From the NCBI GenBank assembly GCA_965203805.1, contig OZ241917.1:2304001-2368000 (forward strand): 64,000 nt of DNA, written 5' to 3'. The DNA comes from Candidatus Latescibacterota bacterium. Its GTDB lineage: Bacteria; Latescibacterota; UBA2968; GCA-2709665. A program made the translations under genes and the position numbers. This document shows positions 18,641 through 28,355 of the stretch, one piece after another (the stretch's first letter is position 1; each line of letters starts with the position of its first letter). The notes below the pieces were generated by a model, which was not told the DNA's origin, did not search any database, and saw only the letters and a program-made list of their open reading frames with translations.

Positions 18641-20047
18641 TCAGGTTCTTTCTTTGGCAAGTTCATACTTCCGGTAGAAGTGGCGGAACTGGTCGTAGCT
18701 CAGGCTGAGCGAATCGGCTGCCCTGCGCTGGTTCCAGTTCGTATTGGACAGCGCGCTCCTGAGCAACCCGAGCTCAAAGGATTTGACCTGGGCGTCAAAT
18801 CCGTCTCCCGGCGGCGTCGGTTCTTCACTGGTGATTTCCGGCGGCAAATCCGGGGGTTCAATGGATGGGCCCGTGGCCATGCACGCGGCGCGTTCAACGG
18901 CGAACTTGAGCTCGCGCACGTTTCCGGGCCACGGGTAGCCCTGCAGGTGTCGGAGGGCGCCGTCGGAAAACGGACGCACCGTGAGCCCCGGCACCTCCCG
19001 CACGATTTGCTCGACGAAGAACACCGCAAGCGGATGGATGTCTTCACGCCGCTCGCGAAGCGGAGGAATGCGGATTACTTCGAAGCGGAGGCGGTCGTAG
19101 AGGTCCCGACGAAAGCGGCCTTCGGCAATCTCACGTTCGAGATCGGCATTCGTAGCGGCAATGATCCGGACGTCCACGCTCGCGGGCGAGGCCCCGCCCA
19201 CCCGTTGAATCTCCTGGTACTCGATGGCTCGAAGGACGTTCTGCTGGAATTCGGGTGTGGTGTTGCCAATCTCGTCCAGTAACAGCGTACCGCCGTTGGC
19301 CGCTTCAAACCGCCCGGGCCGGGCTTCGGTCGCTCCGGTGAACGCGCCTTTTTCGTGGCCGAAGAGTTCGCTCTCCAGCAGGTTGGCCGAGAGGGCCGCG
19401 CAGTTGACCTTAACGAACGGTCGATCGCTGCGTACGCCCCCATAGTGGATCGCCGCCGCCACGAGTTCCTTGCCGGTGCCGGGTTCGCCCAACACCAGAA
19501 CCGGCCGGGGTATGGAAGCAATGCGCTCGGCCTGTTGCATGATCCTCAGCATCTGAGGGCTGGCATTGACCGTCCTGTACTTCTTTCCGAACTCGTCCCG
19601 GTAGTATCGATTTTCCCGGTCCAGATCCTTCACCCTGGCCTGAAGCCGCGCATTCTCTCTGAGGACGGCGAGTACGCGGTCGAGTTTTTCCAGGCTGAGT
19701 TCAAGCCGGTCCTCAATATAGAAGTCTTTCTCGATGAAGTCGGATGCGCCCATGCGCAGGGCGGCCACGGCGTTCTCCACGGTACCCTTGCCAGTGAGAA
19801 TGATCACCGGCATATCGGGCACGAGGTCGCGAATCTTGCGCAGGATATTCAGACCGTCCGCCTCGGCCGGTCCGAAATCGATATCCAGAATGGCCATATC
19901 GACGTCCGAAACGTGCGCCTTCAGGTACGCGAAGGCCTGACTTCCCGTTGGAAAAGCCCGCACGATCCTGCCGTCCACCTGAAGGCTTCGCGTGAGCATG
20001 GCCAGTATTTCGGGCTGGTCATCGGCGACGACAATTTGCGCTTTCAT
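18641..20047 (-). CDS. Sigma54-dependent response regulator (REC-AAA+-HTH) with PspF-like output
   Basis: REC (ADD, LDID), [49 protein letters not shown] resembles PspF. Confidence 0.92.
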   Translation of the reverse strand: MKAQIVVADDQPEILAMLTRSLQVDGRIVRAFPTGSQAFAYLKAHVSDVDMAILDIDFGPAEADGLNILRKIRDLVPDMPVIILTGKGTVENAVAALRMGASDFIEKDFYIEDRLELSLEKLDRVLAVLRENARLQARVKDLDRENRYYRDEFGKKYRTVNASPQMLRIMQQAERIASIPRPVLVLGEPGTGKELVAAAIHYGGVRSDRPFVKVNCAALSANLLESELFGHEKGAFTGATEARPGRFEAANGGTLLLDEIGNTTPEFQQNVLRAIEYQEIQRVGGASPASVDVRIIAATNADLEREIAEGRFRRDLYDRLRFEVIRIPPLRERREDIHPLAVFFVEQIVREVPGLTVRPFSDGALRHLQGYPWPGNVRELKFAVERAACMATGPSIEPPDLPPEITSEEPTPPGDGFDAQVKSFELGLLRSALSNTNWNQRRAADSLSLSYDQFRHFYRKYELAKERT

Positions 20048-20050
20048 GGT

Positions 20051-21679
20051 CTACTCGATAAATTCCTCTGCCAGGGGCAGCCGCGAGGCGGTCAACGGAT
20101 CGCCGCTCCAGCCGATGCTGTCGGTTCCGGCGACGAGTTCGAAGTCCACCGGAAGATCGATGCGGAACACGGCGCCGGCGCCCGGGCGGCTGATCATCCT
20201 CAGGGTTCCCCTGTGGGCGGAGACGATGCGCGAACAGATGCTCAGTCCGAATCCGTTGCCTTTTTCTTTGGTGGAAAATCCTGGATCGAAGATTCTGGAC
20301 TGGTTCTCTTCGGATATGCCCGGTCCGTTGTCTTCCACCTCGATGAATACCGACCCGCGTCTATTGTCGTAACCGGCCTGTACCGTGACGGCGCCACGCT
20401 CATCGACGGCGTCCAGCGCGTTGAGAATCAGGTTCGTGACGGCTTCACGCAGCATGCCGGGATCCACCTTGACCTGCGGCACCTGTGGTTCGGATGCGAA
20501 GCGGAGCGCCGCGCCGCCGGAACGGGTCGCGACGGCTTGCTTGATTTTGCCCACGAGTTGCGGAATATCCACGAGTGACGGATTCAGCGGATCCTGCTTC
20601 ATGCTGCGCAGATAGGCCACCCACTGGTCGAAGATGTGTTCCTGGTCGCGGGCAATGTGTCGCAGGTCGTCGAGCACGGCGTCGTGCTTCGGAACGCTTC
20701 GAATGAGGCGGCGTGTGCGGCTACCCACCAGACCCATCAGGTTCTTGATCTGGTGACCCCGGGTGTACAGGCTTTCTCCCACCTGTACGCGACCCATGTC
20801 GATGAGTTCAAGGGACAGGCGCGCCAGCACCGAGGCTGCCTGCGTGCCGAATTCCTCGATGATGGACGTATACTCCTGTTCCATCTGGGCCGAACTCTTG
20901 TAATCGAAGAGAAGATGCGCGAGGTTTCTGTAGGGAAGCGCATAGTCCGGCTCGAGCTGGATGGCGATCTTGAACGCGCCCAGAGCCTGAAGGGTCTGAC
21001 CTGTCTGCATAAGCAAAACGCCAAGGTTGTTGTGACCCGGGGCGAACAGCGGATTTGCTTCCAGCCCGCGACGGTATATCGCGATGGCTTCGTCGATGTT
21101 TGCCGGAAGGTCGTCGAGAAAGCTGGCCAACAGGAAGCAGGCGCCATCCACGTTGTCGAATGGCACGCCGCGGTCCACGGCCTCTAGAATAGACCGAAGC
21201 GCTTCAACCGCCTGTTGCCGGCCATTCGATCCGGAGGCCGCGCCTTCGGCCCGCAAAAGCGCCAACTGCAACTGCGCCTCCAGATGGTCGGGATTCATTG
21301 CGATTGCGGATTCAAAAGCCTGCGCAGCTCCCTCGACACCGCCTTTCAACCGGCAGAGACCGATCTTGTAATGCAGGTCCGCTCCATTCTCCGGCGCAAG
21401 TTCCAGGCAACGCGTGAAACACGTCAGCGCGTGCTGCCAGTTGCCCTTTCTGAAATAGACGGCGCCCAGGTTATGGCGCGCCCGTACATTCCCGTCGTCG
21501 GCCGCCAGTGCCGCCACGTAGGCGGCCCCGGCCTTCGACAGGTCGCCTGCTTCCATCGCGTTGTCGCCGTCACGACCGCGCCGCCGGGCTTCGTCGTTCG
21601 CCGATTCCGGCAGGGTCTGTGCGATGCCGATTCGGTTGGCGGCCGCGGGGCGGCTGTCCGATTTTTCGGGTCTGTTCAA
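20051..21679 (-). CDS. Soluble TPR-repeat sensor histidine kinase
   Basis: TPR repeats, H-box GHQIKN, N-box NLILNALDA, DNGPGI, FDPGFSTK, GNGFGL. Start uncertain: TTG at 21679 has a ggag RBS; the ORF extends to 21751. Confidence 0.88.
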   Translation of the reverse strand: MNRPEKSDSRPAAANRIGIAQTLPESANDEARRRGRDGDNAMEAGDLSKAGAAYVAALAADDGNVRARHNLGAVYFRKGNWQHALTCFTRCLELAPENGADLHYKIGLCRLKGGVEGAAQAFESAIAMNPDHLEAQLQLALLRAEGAASGSNGRQQAVEALRSILEAVDRGVPFDNVDGACFLLASFLDDLPANIDEAIAIYRRGLEANPLFAPGHNNLGVLLMQTGQTLQALGAFKIAIQLEPDYALPYRNLAHLLFDYKSSAQMEQEYTSIIEEFGTQAASVLARLSLELIDMGRVQVGESLYTRGHQIKNLMGLVGSRTRRLIRSVPKHDAVLDDLRHIARDQEHIFDQWVAYLRSMKQDPLNPSLVDIPQLVGKIKQAVATRSGGAALRFASEPQVPQVKVDPGMLREAVTNLILNALDAVDERGAVTVQAGYDNRRGSVFIEVEDNGPGISEENQSRIFDPGFSTKEKGNGFGLSICSRIVSAHRGTLRMISRPGAGAVFRIDLPVDFELVAGTDSIGWSGDPLTASRLPLAEEFIE

Positions 21680-21701
21680 GCCATGACTCCCGAATGAAGC
21701 G

Positions 21702-23219
21702 CTACGATTCCGATGGCGTTTCCAATGCGCCCTTGTCGTCGCCGCTTGCATCTGCGTCGCCGGTGGCTTTGCCCAGAAACTCGGGCAGTTCCAGGCCCGC
21801 CAGTTTGGCCAACTCGTGCATTGGCGGGATGGCGCCCATCAGGCGCTGGCCGAGATTGGACATGCCGCCCTGTCCGCCGCCGCCGTCCCAGACCATGATC
21901 TTCTCCAGGGGGAGATTCTGAATGGCTTCCGCCTGAATGCCTGCGACCTCGGTCAGCCGCTCGACGATGAGGAAGGCTGCCGCAGCCTGGTCTTTTCCTC
22001 CGCACGCGGCCACCAACTCCCTGTAACCCTCGGCCTTGGCATCCAGTATGGCCTGGGTACCCTCTGCTTCGGCTCGCTTTTGGGCGAGAATTGCGGCGGC
22101 CTCCCCCTGCGCCACCAGCGTCCTCTGCACCTTCTCAGCCTCCGCCTCTACAACCAGCTTCTGCTTTTCCGCGTCGGCCTGTACCACAATCTCGGCTCTC
22201 AATCGAGCTTCTTCCCGGAGCGCCCGGGCTTCCTCGGCCTCTTTTTCGGCCTTTTCCTGTGCGACCCGGATCGCGCCGTCCGCCGCCTTCGCCGCCTCCT
22301 GCCCCTGTTGCCGCGCGACCTCCTCGGCCACTTTCTGCTGCGCCATATATCCGGCCTTTTTAGAATCGGCATCGGCCTCCGCCTGGACCGCTTCCGCATC
22401 CAGAGAAGAGACCATCCGGCGTTTGTTTCGGGCGGCTTCGGCCTCGCCGATCTGGGCTTCGGATTCCAGGGCGGCAACCCTCTGGCGGCGATCCCTGGTA
22501 GCTTCGGCCTCGCCGATTTCGGCTGCCGCGTTTGCGGCAGCCACGTCGGTGCGCTGGTCCCGTTCCCGCTCGGCTACGCCCACCTTGCCCATCTTCTCCT
22601 GCTCGGCCACGTCGATCGCCGCCTGGTTGATGGCTTCGGCCGCGGCCTTTTGTCCGAGAGCCTTGATATAACCGCTTTCGTCTTCTATATCCTTGATGTT
22701 CACGTTAATCACGGCCAGGCCGATCTTTTCCATTTCGGTGGAGACCGCTTCGTTGACCTTGGACATGAAGGCCTGCCGGTCCTGGTTGATTTCCTCGATT
22801 TCCATCGTGGCGATCACCGCCCGCATCTGGCCGAGGATGATGTCCTGCGCCTGACTCTCGATCTGGTCTCGAGAAAGACCCAGGAGACGTATTGACGCAT
22901 TCTGCATCACGCCCATCTGGTTTGACACCGCCGCGGTAACGGTTGTTGGAACAGACACTCTGATGTTCTCCTGCGACAGGGCGTTGTCCAGATCGATGGG
23001 TACGACAAACGGCTCGAGATCCAGATACTCATAATCCTGCAGGAGCGGCAGCACGAAGGCCGCGCCCCCGTGAACGCATTTTGCCGCCCCTTTTCCGGTC
23101 TTTCCGTAGACGACCAGAATCTTGTTGGACGGGCACCGCTTGTACCTGGAAATAAACGTCACGAAGAGCAGAAACACCACCAGCAGCAGTATAATTGTCA
23201 ATACCGTCTCGGTTGACAC
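21702..23219 (-). CDS. Flotillin family SPFH protein
   Basis: N-terminal TM, RYKRCPSNKILVVYG, HGGAAFVLP, INVNIKDI, Ala/Glu coiled coil. GTG start after gaggag. Confidence 0.93.
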   Translation of the reverse strand: MSTETVLTIILLLVVFLLFVTFISRYKRCPSNKILVVYGKTGKGAAKCVHGGAAFVLPLLQDYEYLDLEPFVVPIDLDNALSQENIRVSVPTTVTAAVSNQMGVMQNASIRLLGLSRDQIESQAQDIILGQMRAVIATMEIEEINQDRQAFMSKVNEAVSTEMEKIGLAVINVNIKDIEDESGYIKALGQKAAAEAINQAAIDVAEQEKMGKVGVAERERDQRTDVAAANAAAEIGEAEATRDRRQRVAALESEAQIGEAEAARNKRRMVSSLDAEAVQAEADADSKKAGYMAQQKVAEEVARQQGQEAAKAADGAIRVAQEKAEKEAEEARALREEARLRAEIVVQADAEKQKLVVEAEAEKVQRTLVAQGEAAAILAQKRAEAEGTQAILDAKAEGYRELVAACGGKDQAAAAFLIVERLTEVAGIQAEAIQNLPLEKIMVWDGGGGQGGMSNLGQRLMGAIPPMHELAKLAGLELPEFLGKATGDADASGDDKGALETPSES

Positions 23220-23368
23220 GACGATCCCTCCTCGAATGAATTTTCCGCCAACGTTGATTTTTTTCCGGAAGGGGTTCCGTGCGGAATACAACCCCGTTCC
23301 GTCTCACCCATCGACAGGTGGAAACAAGCTGAAATACCGCAGACACCGGCTTCTCAGCCACATTGCAG

Positions 23369-23974
23369 TCAGGACGACAGCGGCTCGACCTCGAGAGCTG
23401 TCGTATCCACCACGCGAAGTACCCGGACCGGTGTTTTTGCGGAGATGGACATGCCGTTTCTGCCGCGTGCCGATACGTAGGCGACCGCGCCACTCTCCAT
23501 CACCCGGACCTGTCCGGCCCCGTCTTCAGGGATATCCAGGTATACCTCACCCGAGGTTCCCACGCACGTTTCCAGATTGGCGTTTCCAGTCTCGGTAAGC
23601 TTCCGGACACCGTGAAAGAAATAGGCAACGACCCCCATGCCTGCACTGCCCCAGACAAACGCGTAAAACACTGCCGTCCGAACGTCCAGACCTCTCTCCA
23701 GATACAGAGCGCCCGCCCATCCGAACAACATACCAAAGGCGATCAGAGACCTGATTGACAGCAGTTTGAATGCAGCCACCGTGCCGTCTCCAGGTCCGTC
23801 GTTCAATTCGGGACCCGCGTCGCCAAGGTCCGCGTCGCCATCAGTGCCGGCGTCGGACCCGCCCAGGCCAAACAGGGCCGCCAGGAGTTGCCAGACAAAA
23901 AATGCGCTGAAAAAAACCGCCAATACGTAGAACGCCTGGTTGAGGACGCTCAAATCTGTCCACCATCCATCCAT
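23369..23974 (-). CDS. NfeD-like (YuaF-type) membrane protein
   Basis: Three TM helices plus OB-fold C-terminus (VGTSGEVYLDIP...GQVRV), directly upstream of flotillin. Confidence 0.85.
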   Translation of the reverse strand: MDGWWTDLSVLNQAFYVLAVFFSAFFVWQLLAALFGLGGSDAGTDGDADLGDAGPELNDGPGDGTVAAFKLLSIRSLIAFGMLFGWAGALYLERGLDVRTAVFYAFVWGSAGMGVVAYFFHGVRKLTETGNANLETCVGTSGEVYLDIPEDGAGQVRVMESGAVAYVSARGRNGMSISAKTPVRVLRVVDTTALEVEPLSS

Positions 23975-24219
23975 GTCCGGCTCCTTTCTCGGGATCGTCC
24001 TCGTGTTGCACGCCGTTCTAACATACGGGACGCCGCCCTGCTGCGAAATGTGACATAGAATTTACTTCGCGTCAACACTAAATCGCGACGGGTTTTACCG
24101 GCGTACTGACCTGGCGGTACGTTCATTGCGGTCGATTTCCAGAGTGAACCGGCGACGGATTCGATCATGGCCAATCCGAACCCCGAACTTGCGCGGCACG
24201 GGCTCCGGGATCCACGTGC

Positions 24220-24795
24220 TCAGGAGGGAACCAGCCCCCGCTTTCTGAATTCACCCTTCAACTGAAATCTTCCGCGGTTGAGCCAGGTCTTGACCGTGCC
24301 CATCGGAATCTGCAACTCCCTGGTAATTTCCTCGTAGGACCTGTCTCTCACGTATCGCATCCAGAGAACCTCGCGATATCTGGCCGGCAATGACCGAATG
24401 CTCTTCCTGACCAGGTCACGGTGCTCGTTTCGCTGGACGGACAGTTCAGGATTCTCGCCCGGTGCAGGCCTGCGTGTGGCGTCGGTAAGAGCAGCCGGGT
24501 CGTCCGTCGTCTGAATCCATTTCCGCCGCACCTGCTGTTTGCGAAAATGGGACTTGTGTACGTTGAGCGCGATCTGCGTGAGCCACGTGGCAAAGGCTGC
24601 ATCCCCGCGGTACGAGCCCATTGCCATAAATGCTCGCAAAAAGGCGGTCTGCATCAGGTCCTGCGCGGTATCGGGATCGCTCGTTCTTCGAACCATTGTG
24701 GCGTAGATCTGCTCGTGGCAGGCTTTGTAAAGGTCTCCGAAGGCAGCTGCGTCTCCCGCGACTGCTCTGCGGATCAGATACCGTTCGTTTTCCAT
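24220..24795 (-). CDS. ECF RNA polymerase sigma factor
   Basis: GDAAAF...AQDLMQTAFLRA...FATWLTQIALN; region 4 SYEEI...PMGTVKTWLNRGR. Confidence 0.92.
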   Translation of the reverse strand: MENERYLIRRAVAGDAAAFGDLYKACHEQIYATMVRRTSDPDTAQDLMQTAFLRAFMAMGSYRGDAAFATWLTQIALNVHKSHFRKQQVRRKWIQTTDDPAALTDATRRPAPGENPELSVQRNEHRDLVRKSIRSLPARYREVLWMRYVRDRSYEEITRELQIPMGTVKTWLNRGRFQLKGEFRKRGLVPS

Positions 24796-24826
24796 TAGCG
24801 GGACATCCTTTCGATAGGACAGGCTA

Positions 24827-25003
24827 TTACCTGGAATCGCTGGTAAGCAGCCGGTAACCCACATAAATCAGGACAATCGAGACTGACAATTTAAGGACCA
24901 GGAACAGGATTTCCAGAGACACGCCTATCAGCTTGATCGCTTCGAAAATGCCGAGGTACGCGCCGATGCCGATCAGGATGATGCCAAGAATCTTCGCGAA
25001 CAT
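24827..25003 (-). CDS. Small two-TM membrane protein, 58 aa (MFAKILGIILIGIGAYLGIFEAIKLIGVSLEILFLVLKLSVSIVLIYVGYRLLTSDSR); absent from the ORF track
   Basis: Manual translation. RBS gaaagga. Fills the operon gap just before the ECF sigma gene. Confidence 0.72.
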   Translation of the reverse strand: MFAKILGIILIGIGAYLGIFEAIKLIGVSLEILFLVLKLSVSIVLIYVGYRLLTSDSR

Positions 25004-25125
25004 GGGTTATCCTTTCTTTTTCCGAAGTATTGCTCAGGTAACGAAAATCCAGTCCGGGATTCGGGAGAATCCGCGAGACCCTCTCAGCCGGAGTTTGCAC
25101 AGGCGTTGGACAATTTCAGCGCCGA

Positions 25126-25503
25126 TCAGCTATCTGGATTCTTTACTTCCGATCGGCTGAGTTTGTCGTCCAGGGATATCAGGACGTCCTGAACGTCAGT
25201 AATCCGCCGTTCCAACTCGTTCAGGCGGGCATGGAACGCTTCCGACTGTTCCGCGCCGTTTCCTCGGGTCTGGCCCCCGGCACGGCGTTTCAGGAAGATC
25301 ACGACGCTGCCGAGGGTGAAGACCGACACGGCAGCGATTACGGAGATTGCCAGAATTCCGAGCGCGATATCCATAGCGAATCTCCCGAAGCCGAAATGGC
25401 GCGTCGGCGCCAGAGGGTCGCCGAAGAGAAACTTCAGCGTTACCATGCCCAGCAGAAACAGGACAAAGACGACGGCGGCCTTAGTCGCGAATTCTCGTGT
25501 CAT
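25126..25503 (-). CDS. Membrane protein (2 TM) with C-terminal coiled coil, PspB/PspC-like topology
   Basis: RBS aggagg; motif RLNELERRITDVQDVLISLDDKL. Confidence 0.75.
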   Translation of the reverse strand: MTREFATKAAVVFVLFLLGMVTLKFLFGDPLAPTRHFGFGRFAMDIALGILAISVIAAVSVFTLGSVVIFLKRRAGGQTRGNGAEQSEAFHARLNELERRITDVQDVLISLDDKLSRSEVKNPDS

Positions 25504-25534
25504 CAGAATCCCTCCTTTGTATCGCAGTCAAACC

Positions 25535-26110
25535 TCAAACCCTGGTTCGATCCCTTCTAAGCCTCTCGTCCAGGCTGATAATGACCTCCTGAAGATCGTT
25601 CAAGCGCTGGTCTACGGTTTCCAGCCGCTCTTCCATTCGTCTAGCCCGCTCGGGACTCATTCCTTTGCCCTCCCGCTTTTTCCTCAGGTGGATATAGCTC
25701 ACCAGACCACCGGCGAAGATGATCAGGCAGATTCCGATACCAATTTCCATTGCGATACCAAGACCGGTTCCGGATCGAACCAACTCGAGCCGGTCTGCGA
25801 CGCCTTCGAGTTTCCTGGCGGCCGATTCCAATCGCCGCTGGTTGTCCAGGAGTACACTCACGCCGTCGCCCGACGGACCACTTGCACGACCGACCTCGGT
25901 CGGTCCCGGCACATAAGCAGCATCCGGCAGCAGGTTCCACCGGTCAGACGTGAAGGCCCAGATTGCGAACCCCACGGCCGCCACCGCCAGAAATATTCCC
26001 ACCGTGGATCCGCTCGGCTTTTTGTTGCCGGGAGTCATCAGGTAGACTGAATACCCGCCCGCAACCATCAGCAGGCAAAGGGCTAACGCCAGTTCCAGTA
26101 TCCAGCTCAT
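25535..26110 (-). CDS. Membrane protein (3 TM) with C-terminal coiled coil
   Basis: RBS gaggag; motif RLETVDQRLNDLQEVIISLDERL. Confidence 0.75.
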   Translation of the reverse strand: MSWILELALALCLLMVAGGYSVYLMTPGNKKPSGSTVGIFLAVAAVGFAIWAFTSDRWNLLPDAAYVPGPTEVGRASGPSGDGVSVLLDNQRRLESAARKLEGVADRLELVRSGTGLGIAMEIGIGICLIIFAGGLVSYIHLRKKREGKGMSPERARRMEERLETVDQRLNDLQEVIISLDERLRRDRTRV

Positions 26111-26177
26111 CGAGTTCCCTCCTCTTGTTTCCTCGACTTATGTGATTCGAGCGGCTTAATTCACACCTGTCAGAGAT

Positions 26178-26552
26178 TTACGCGACCTTGCTCAGCGTGC
26201 TTGCAGTGGCGTCCGGTGCGGCGGTCTCCGGGTCTGCCTTTTTGAAAACACCCGACAGTTTCGTCATCTTCAGAATTCTGTCGACGCCCCGGGTAACGCC
26301 GCTCAGCTTCAGTTCGCCGCCCGCGCCCCTGACAGTCTTCAGACCGCTGATCAACTCTCCAATCATGGCGGCGCCGACAAACTTCATTTTTGACAGGTCG
26401 ACCACCACCGTCCGTGCGCCGCTGGTCGCCAACTGTCCTATTTTGCGTCTCAGCGGCGCCACTTCCGACCTTGCGACGGGGTCGCCGCTAACGGAGACAA
26501 TTACCGCTCCGCCCTGAATGCGTTCGCCGACGTCAATGCGCCTCGAATTCAT
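26178..26552 (-). CDS. STAS-domain protein (anti-sigma-factor antagonist-like)
   Basis: VVVDLSKMKFVGAAMIGELI...GGELKL...RILKMTKL. Confidence 0.82.
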   Translation of the reverse strand: MNSRRIDVGERIQGGAVIVSVSGDPVARSEVAPLRRKIGQLATSGARTVVVDLSKMKFVGAAMIGELISGLKTVRGAGGELKLSGVTRGVDRILKMTKLSGVFKKADPETAAPDATASTLSKVA

Positions 26553-26643
26553 CGTACAATCCCTCTTGTTTTCGTGTAAGTCCGGTCCGAGTGGGACAGT
26601 CCGGTGATTCCTGCCATTGGATTTCATCCGATTCCGGCGTCCC

Positions 26644-26859
26644 TTACGACGTTTCCCCCGGGTTTCCTCGATCCAGCTTTTCATCGATCGCGATCATGAT
26701 TTCCTGGATATCGGTAAGTCGCCGATCCAGGTCGTCCAGCCGGGCGTTCAATCGATCTTCGACTTTGCCGGGCACGGAACCCTTGGTTTGTCGATCCACG
26801 TATTTCAGTACAGCCGACGCGAGAACAATAAGCGCAACGCCAACACCGACTTCAAACAT
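26644..26859 (-). CDS. Small single-TM coiled-coil protein, PspB-like topology
   Basis: RBS ggaggga; motif RLDDLDRRLTDIQEIMIAIDEKL. Confidence 0.75.
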   Translation of the reverse strand: MFEVGVGVALIVLASAVLKYVDRQTKGSVPGKVEDRLNARLDDLDRRLTDIQEIMIAIDEKLDRGNPGETS

Positions 26860-26885
26860 GACATCCCTCCGTCAAATGCAAGATA

Positions 26886-27515
26886 TCAGAGTTCATCCAC
26901 GGGTCTTGCCCGGTGCTTTTCCTCACCGCGCTCTATATCAGGAAAGTGGTACACCACAAGACCGGAATCGGAAACGCGCACCTCGGCGCTGCCTTTTTCC
27001 CCCAGGATGCGCAGGATCTCGTCCGCCTTTTCCACGGTCATTCTCCCATCCGTGGCCGCTTCCAGCACGGTAAGGCTGCCTCCCTTTTCTCGGGCGAGCC
27101 TGAGCAGGCGATGTTGATATTGCGCGTATCGTTTCAGGTCGGCCGATTCGTGAGCCCTGCGCCCGGCAAGCCTGAAGACAACTGCGCCGGTCAGTGACAG
27201 GATAAAAAGCAGCGCCTCCGGGTGAAACGAGCGCTCGACAATGCTCATGACGAAGGGGACGATCGCGGCGAACAGACACAAGATCGCGGCGGCTTTCAGA
27301 AAGTGTCCGAGGACGTATCGCATGTCGCAGCTCCAATTGATGGCCATGTCCGAGATTCGTGTCGACAGACCCTGGGACCTTGAACGGCAAACCTGACGCT
27401 GGTATTGCCGCCCATTGCCGCCCCTCCGGGCCGCCTCCACGGCCTTTTTCGCATCGCGCACGGCATTCCTGACTTCATACGCGATCTCGTCCAGAATTTT
27501 CTGTACGTCACGCAT
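26886..27515 (-). CDS. Membrane protein (2 TM) with C-terminal winged-helix-like domain
   Basis: Start overlaps the pspA stop. LLRLAREKGGSLTVLEAA...ADEILRIL...VRVSDSGLVVYHFP fits a wHTH pattern. Confidence 0.7.
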   Translation of the reverse strand: MRDVQKILDEIAYEVRNAVRDAKKAVEAARRGGNGRQYQRQVCRSRSQGLSTRISDMAINWSCDMRYVLGHFLKAAAILCLFAAIVPFVMSIVERSFHPEALLFILSLTGAVVFRLAGRRAHESADLKRYAQYQHRLLRLAREKGGSLTVLEAATDGRMTVEKADEILRILGEKGSAEVRVSDSGLVVYHFPDIERGEEKHRARPVDEL

Positions 27516-28185
27516 CGGACTTGCGCATCCTGTCTTTCAGGGCCTGCAGTTCCTCTTCCACGGTGTTCCGCCGCTCCAGCTTTTCGAACGAGTCTTCGAG
27601 CGAAGGATCTTCCCCCGCGATTTCGGCGTGCGCATGGGCCTCTGCTTCTTCGGTCTCTACACGATTACGGAAGCGCTCGAAGCTCGAAAACGCGTCGTCG
27701 CCGATGCCCGATAGGCCCTGGGCGATCTGCTTTCTCGCCTGGGCGGCGCGGCGCCGGGCGATGAGAGCGCCCTGGCGGGTGCGCGCCTCGTCCAGTTTGG
27801 ATTTGAGCTGCGTCAGTTGCTTCTTGAGCTGATCGGAGGTCTTGTGGCTTTCGTCGAAAGCGACTTCCAGATCCCGGGCGGCTTTTTCAACCGCGGCCTT
27901 TCGTTCCAGGGCGCGCCGGGCCAGGTCGTCTTCGCCGGATTCGACGGCCAGTTCCGCCTTCTTCTGCCAGGACTCGATCTGGTCCGTCTTCTCCAGCAAC
28001 TGACGCTCGAGGCGTTTTTCGTTGGCAACCGCGGTGCCGACGGACGCGGTTGCCTTGTTGACGGCCTCTTCCATTTCAAGGATCATCTGCCGGATCATCT
28101 TTTCCGGATCTTCGGCGCGATTCAGAAGATCATTGATGTTGGCCTTGACGATGTCCGCCATGCGGGAGAAGATTCCTTTGGCCAT
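27508..28185 (-). CDS. pspA: PspA/IM30 family protein
   Basis: GIFSRMADIVKANINDLLNRAEDPEKMIRQMILEME...EDDLARRALERK...VEEELQALK. Confidence 0.95.
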   Translation of the reverse strand: MAKGIFSRMADIVKANINDLLNRAEDPEKMIRQMILEMEEAVNKATASVGTAVANEKRLERQLLEKTDQIESWQKKAELAVESGEDDLARRALERKAAVEKAARDLEVAFDESHKTSDQLKKQLTQLKSKLDEARTRQGALIARRRAAQARKQIAQGLSGIGDDAFSSFERFRNRVETEEAEAHAHAEIAGEDPSLEDSFEKLERRNTVEEELQALKDRMRKSDA

Positions 28186-28277
28186 GGTCTTTCTCCTTTC
28201 TATCGTGGGTCTTTTGATCCCACGAGGGTGGAAAAATCCGATTTCCTGGTATAATTCAGGGTTCTGCCGACATTCCT

Positions 28278-28293
28278 TGCAAGTATCGTACCC
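28278..28293 (-). promoter_or_regulatory. Sigma54 promoter of pspA
   Basis: Minus strand GGGTACGATACTTGCA (GG-N10-GC). Confidence 0.72.
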
Positions 28294-28355
28294 GTTTGAC
28301 GAAAAAGCTGACGCCGCTGTTAAATATCGGTATTTAGAGGATTTAGACAAATCTT

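Noticed and set aside
27508-28350. 280-aa version of pspA from the ORF track
   Set aside because: The extension runs through the sigma54 promoter; family similarity and the RBS begin at MAKGIF (28185)
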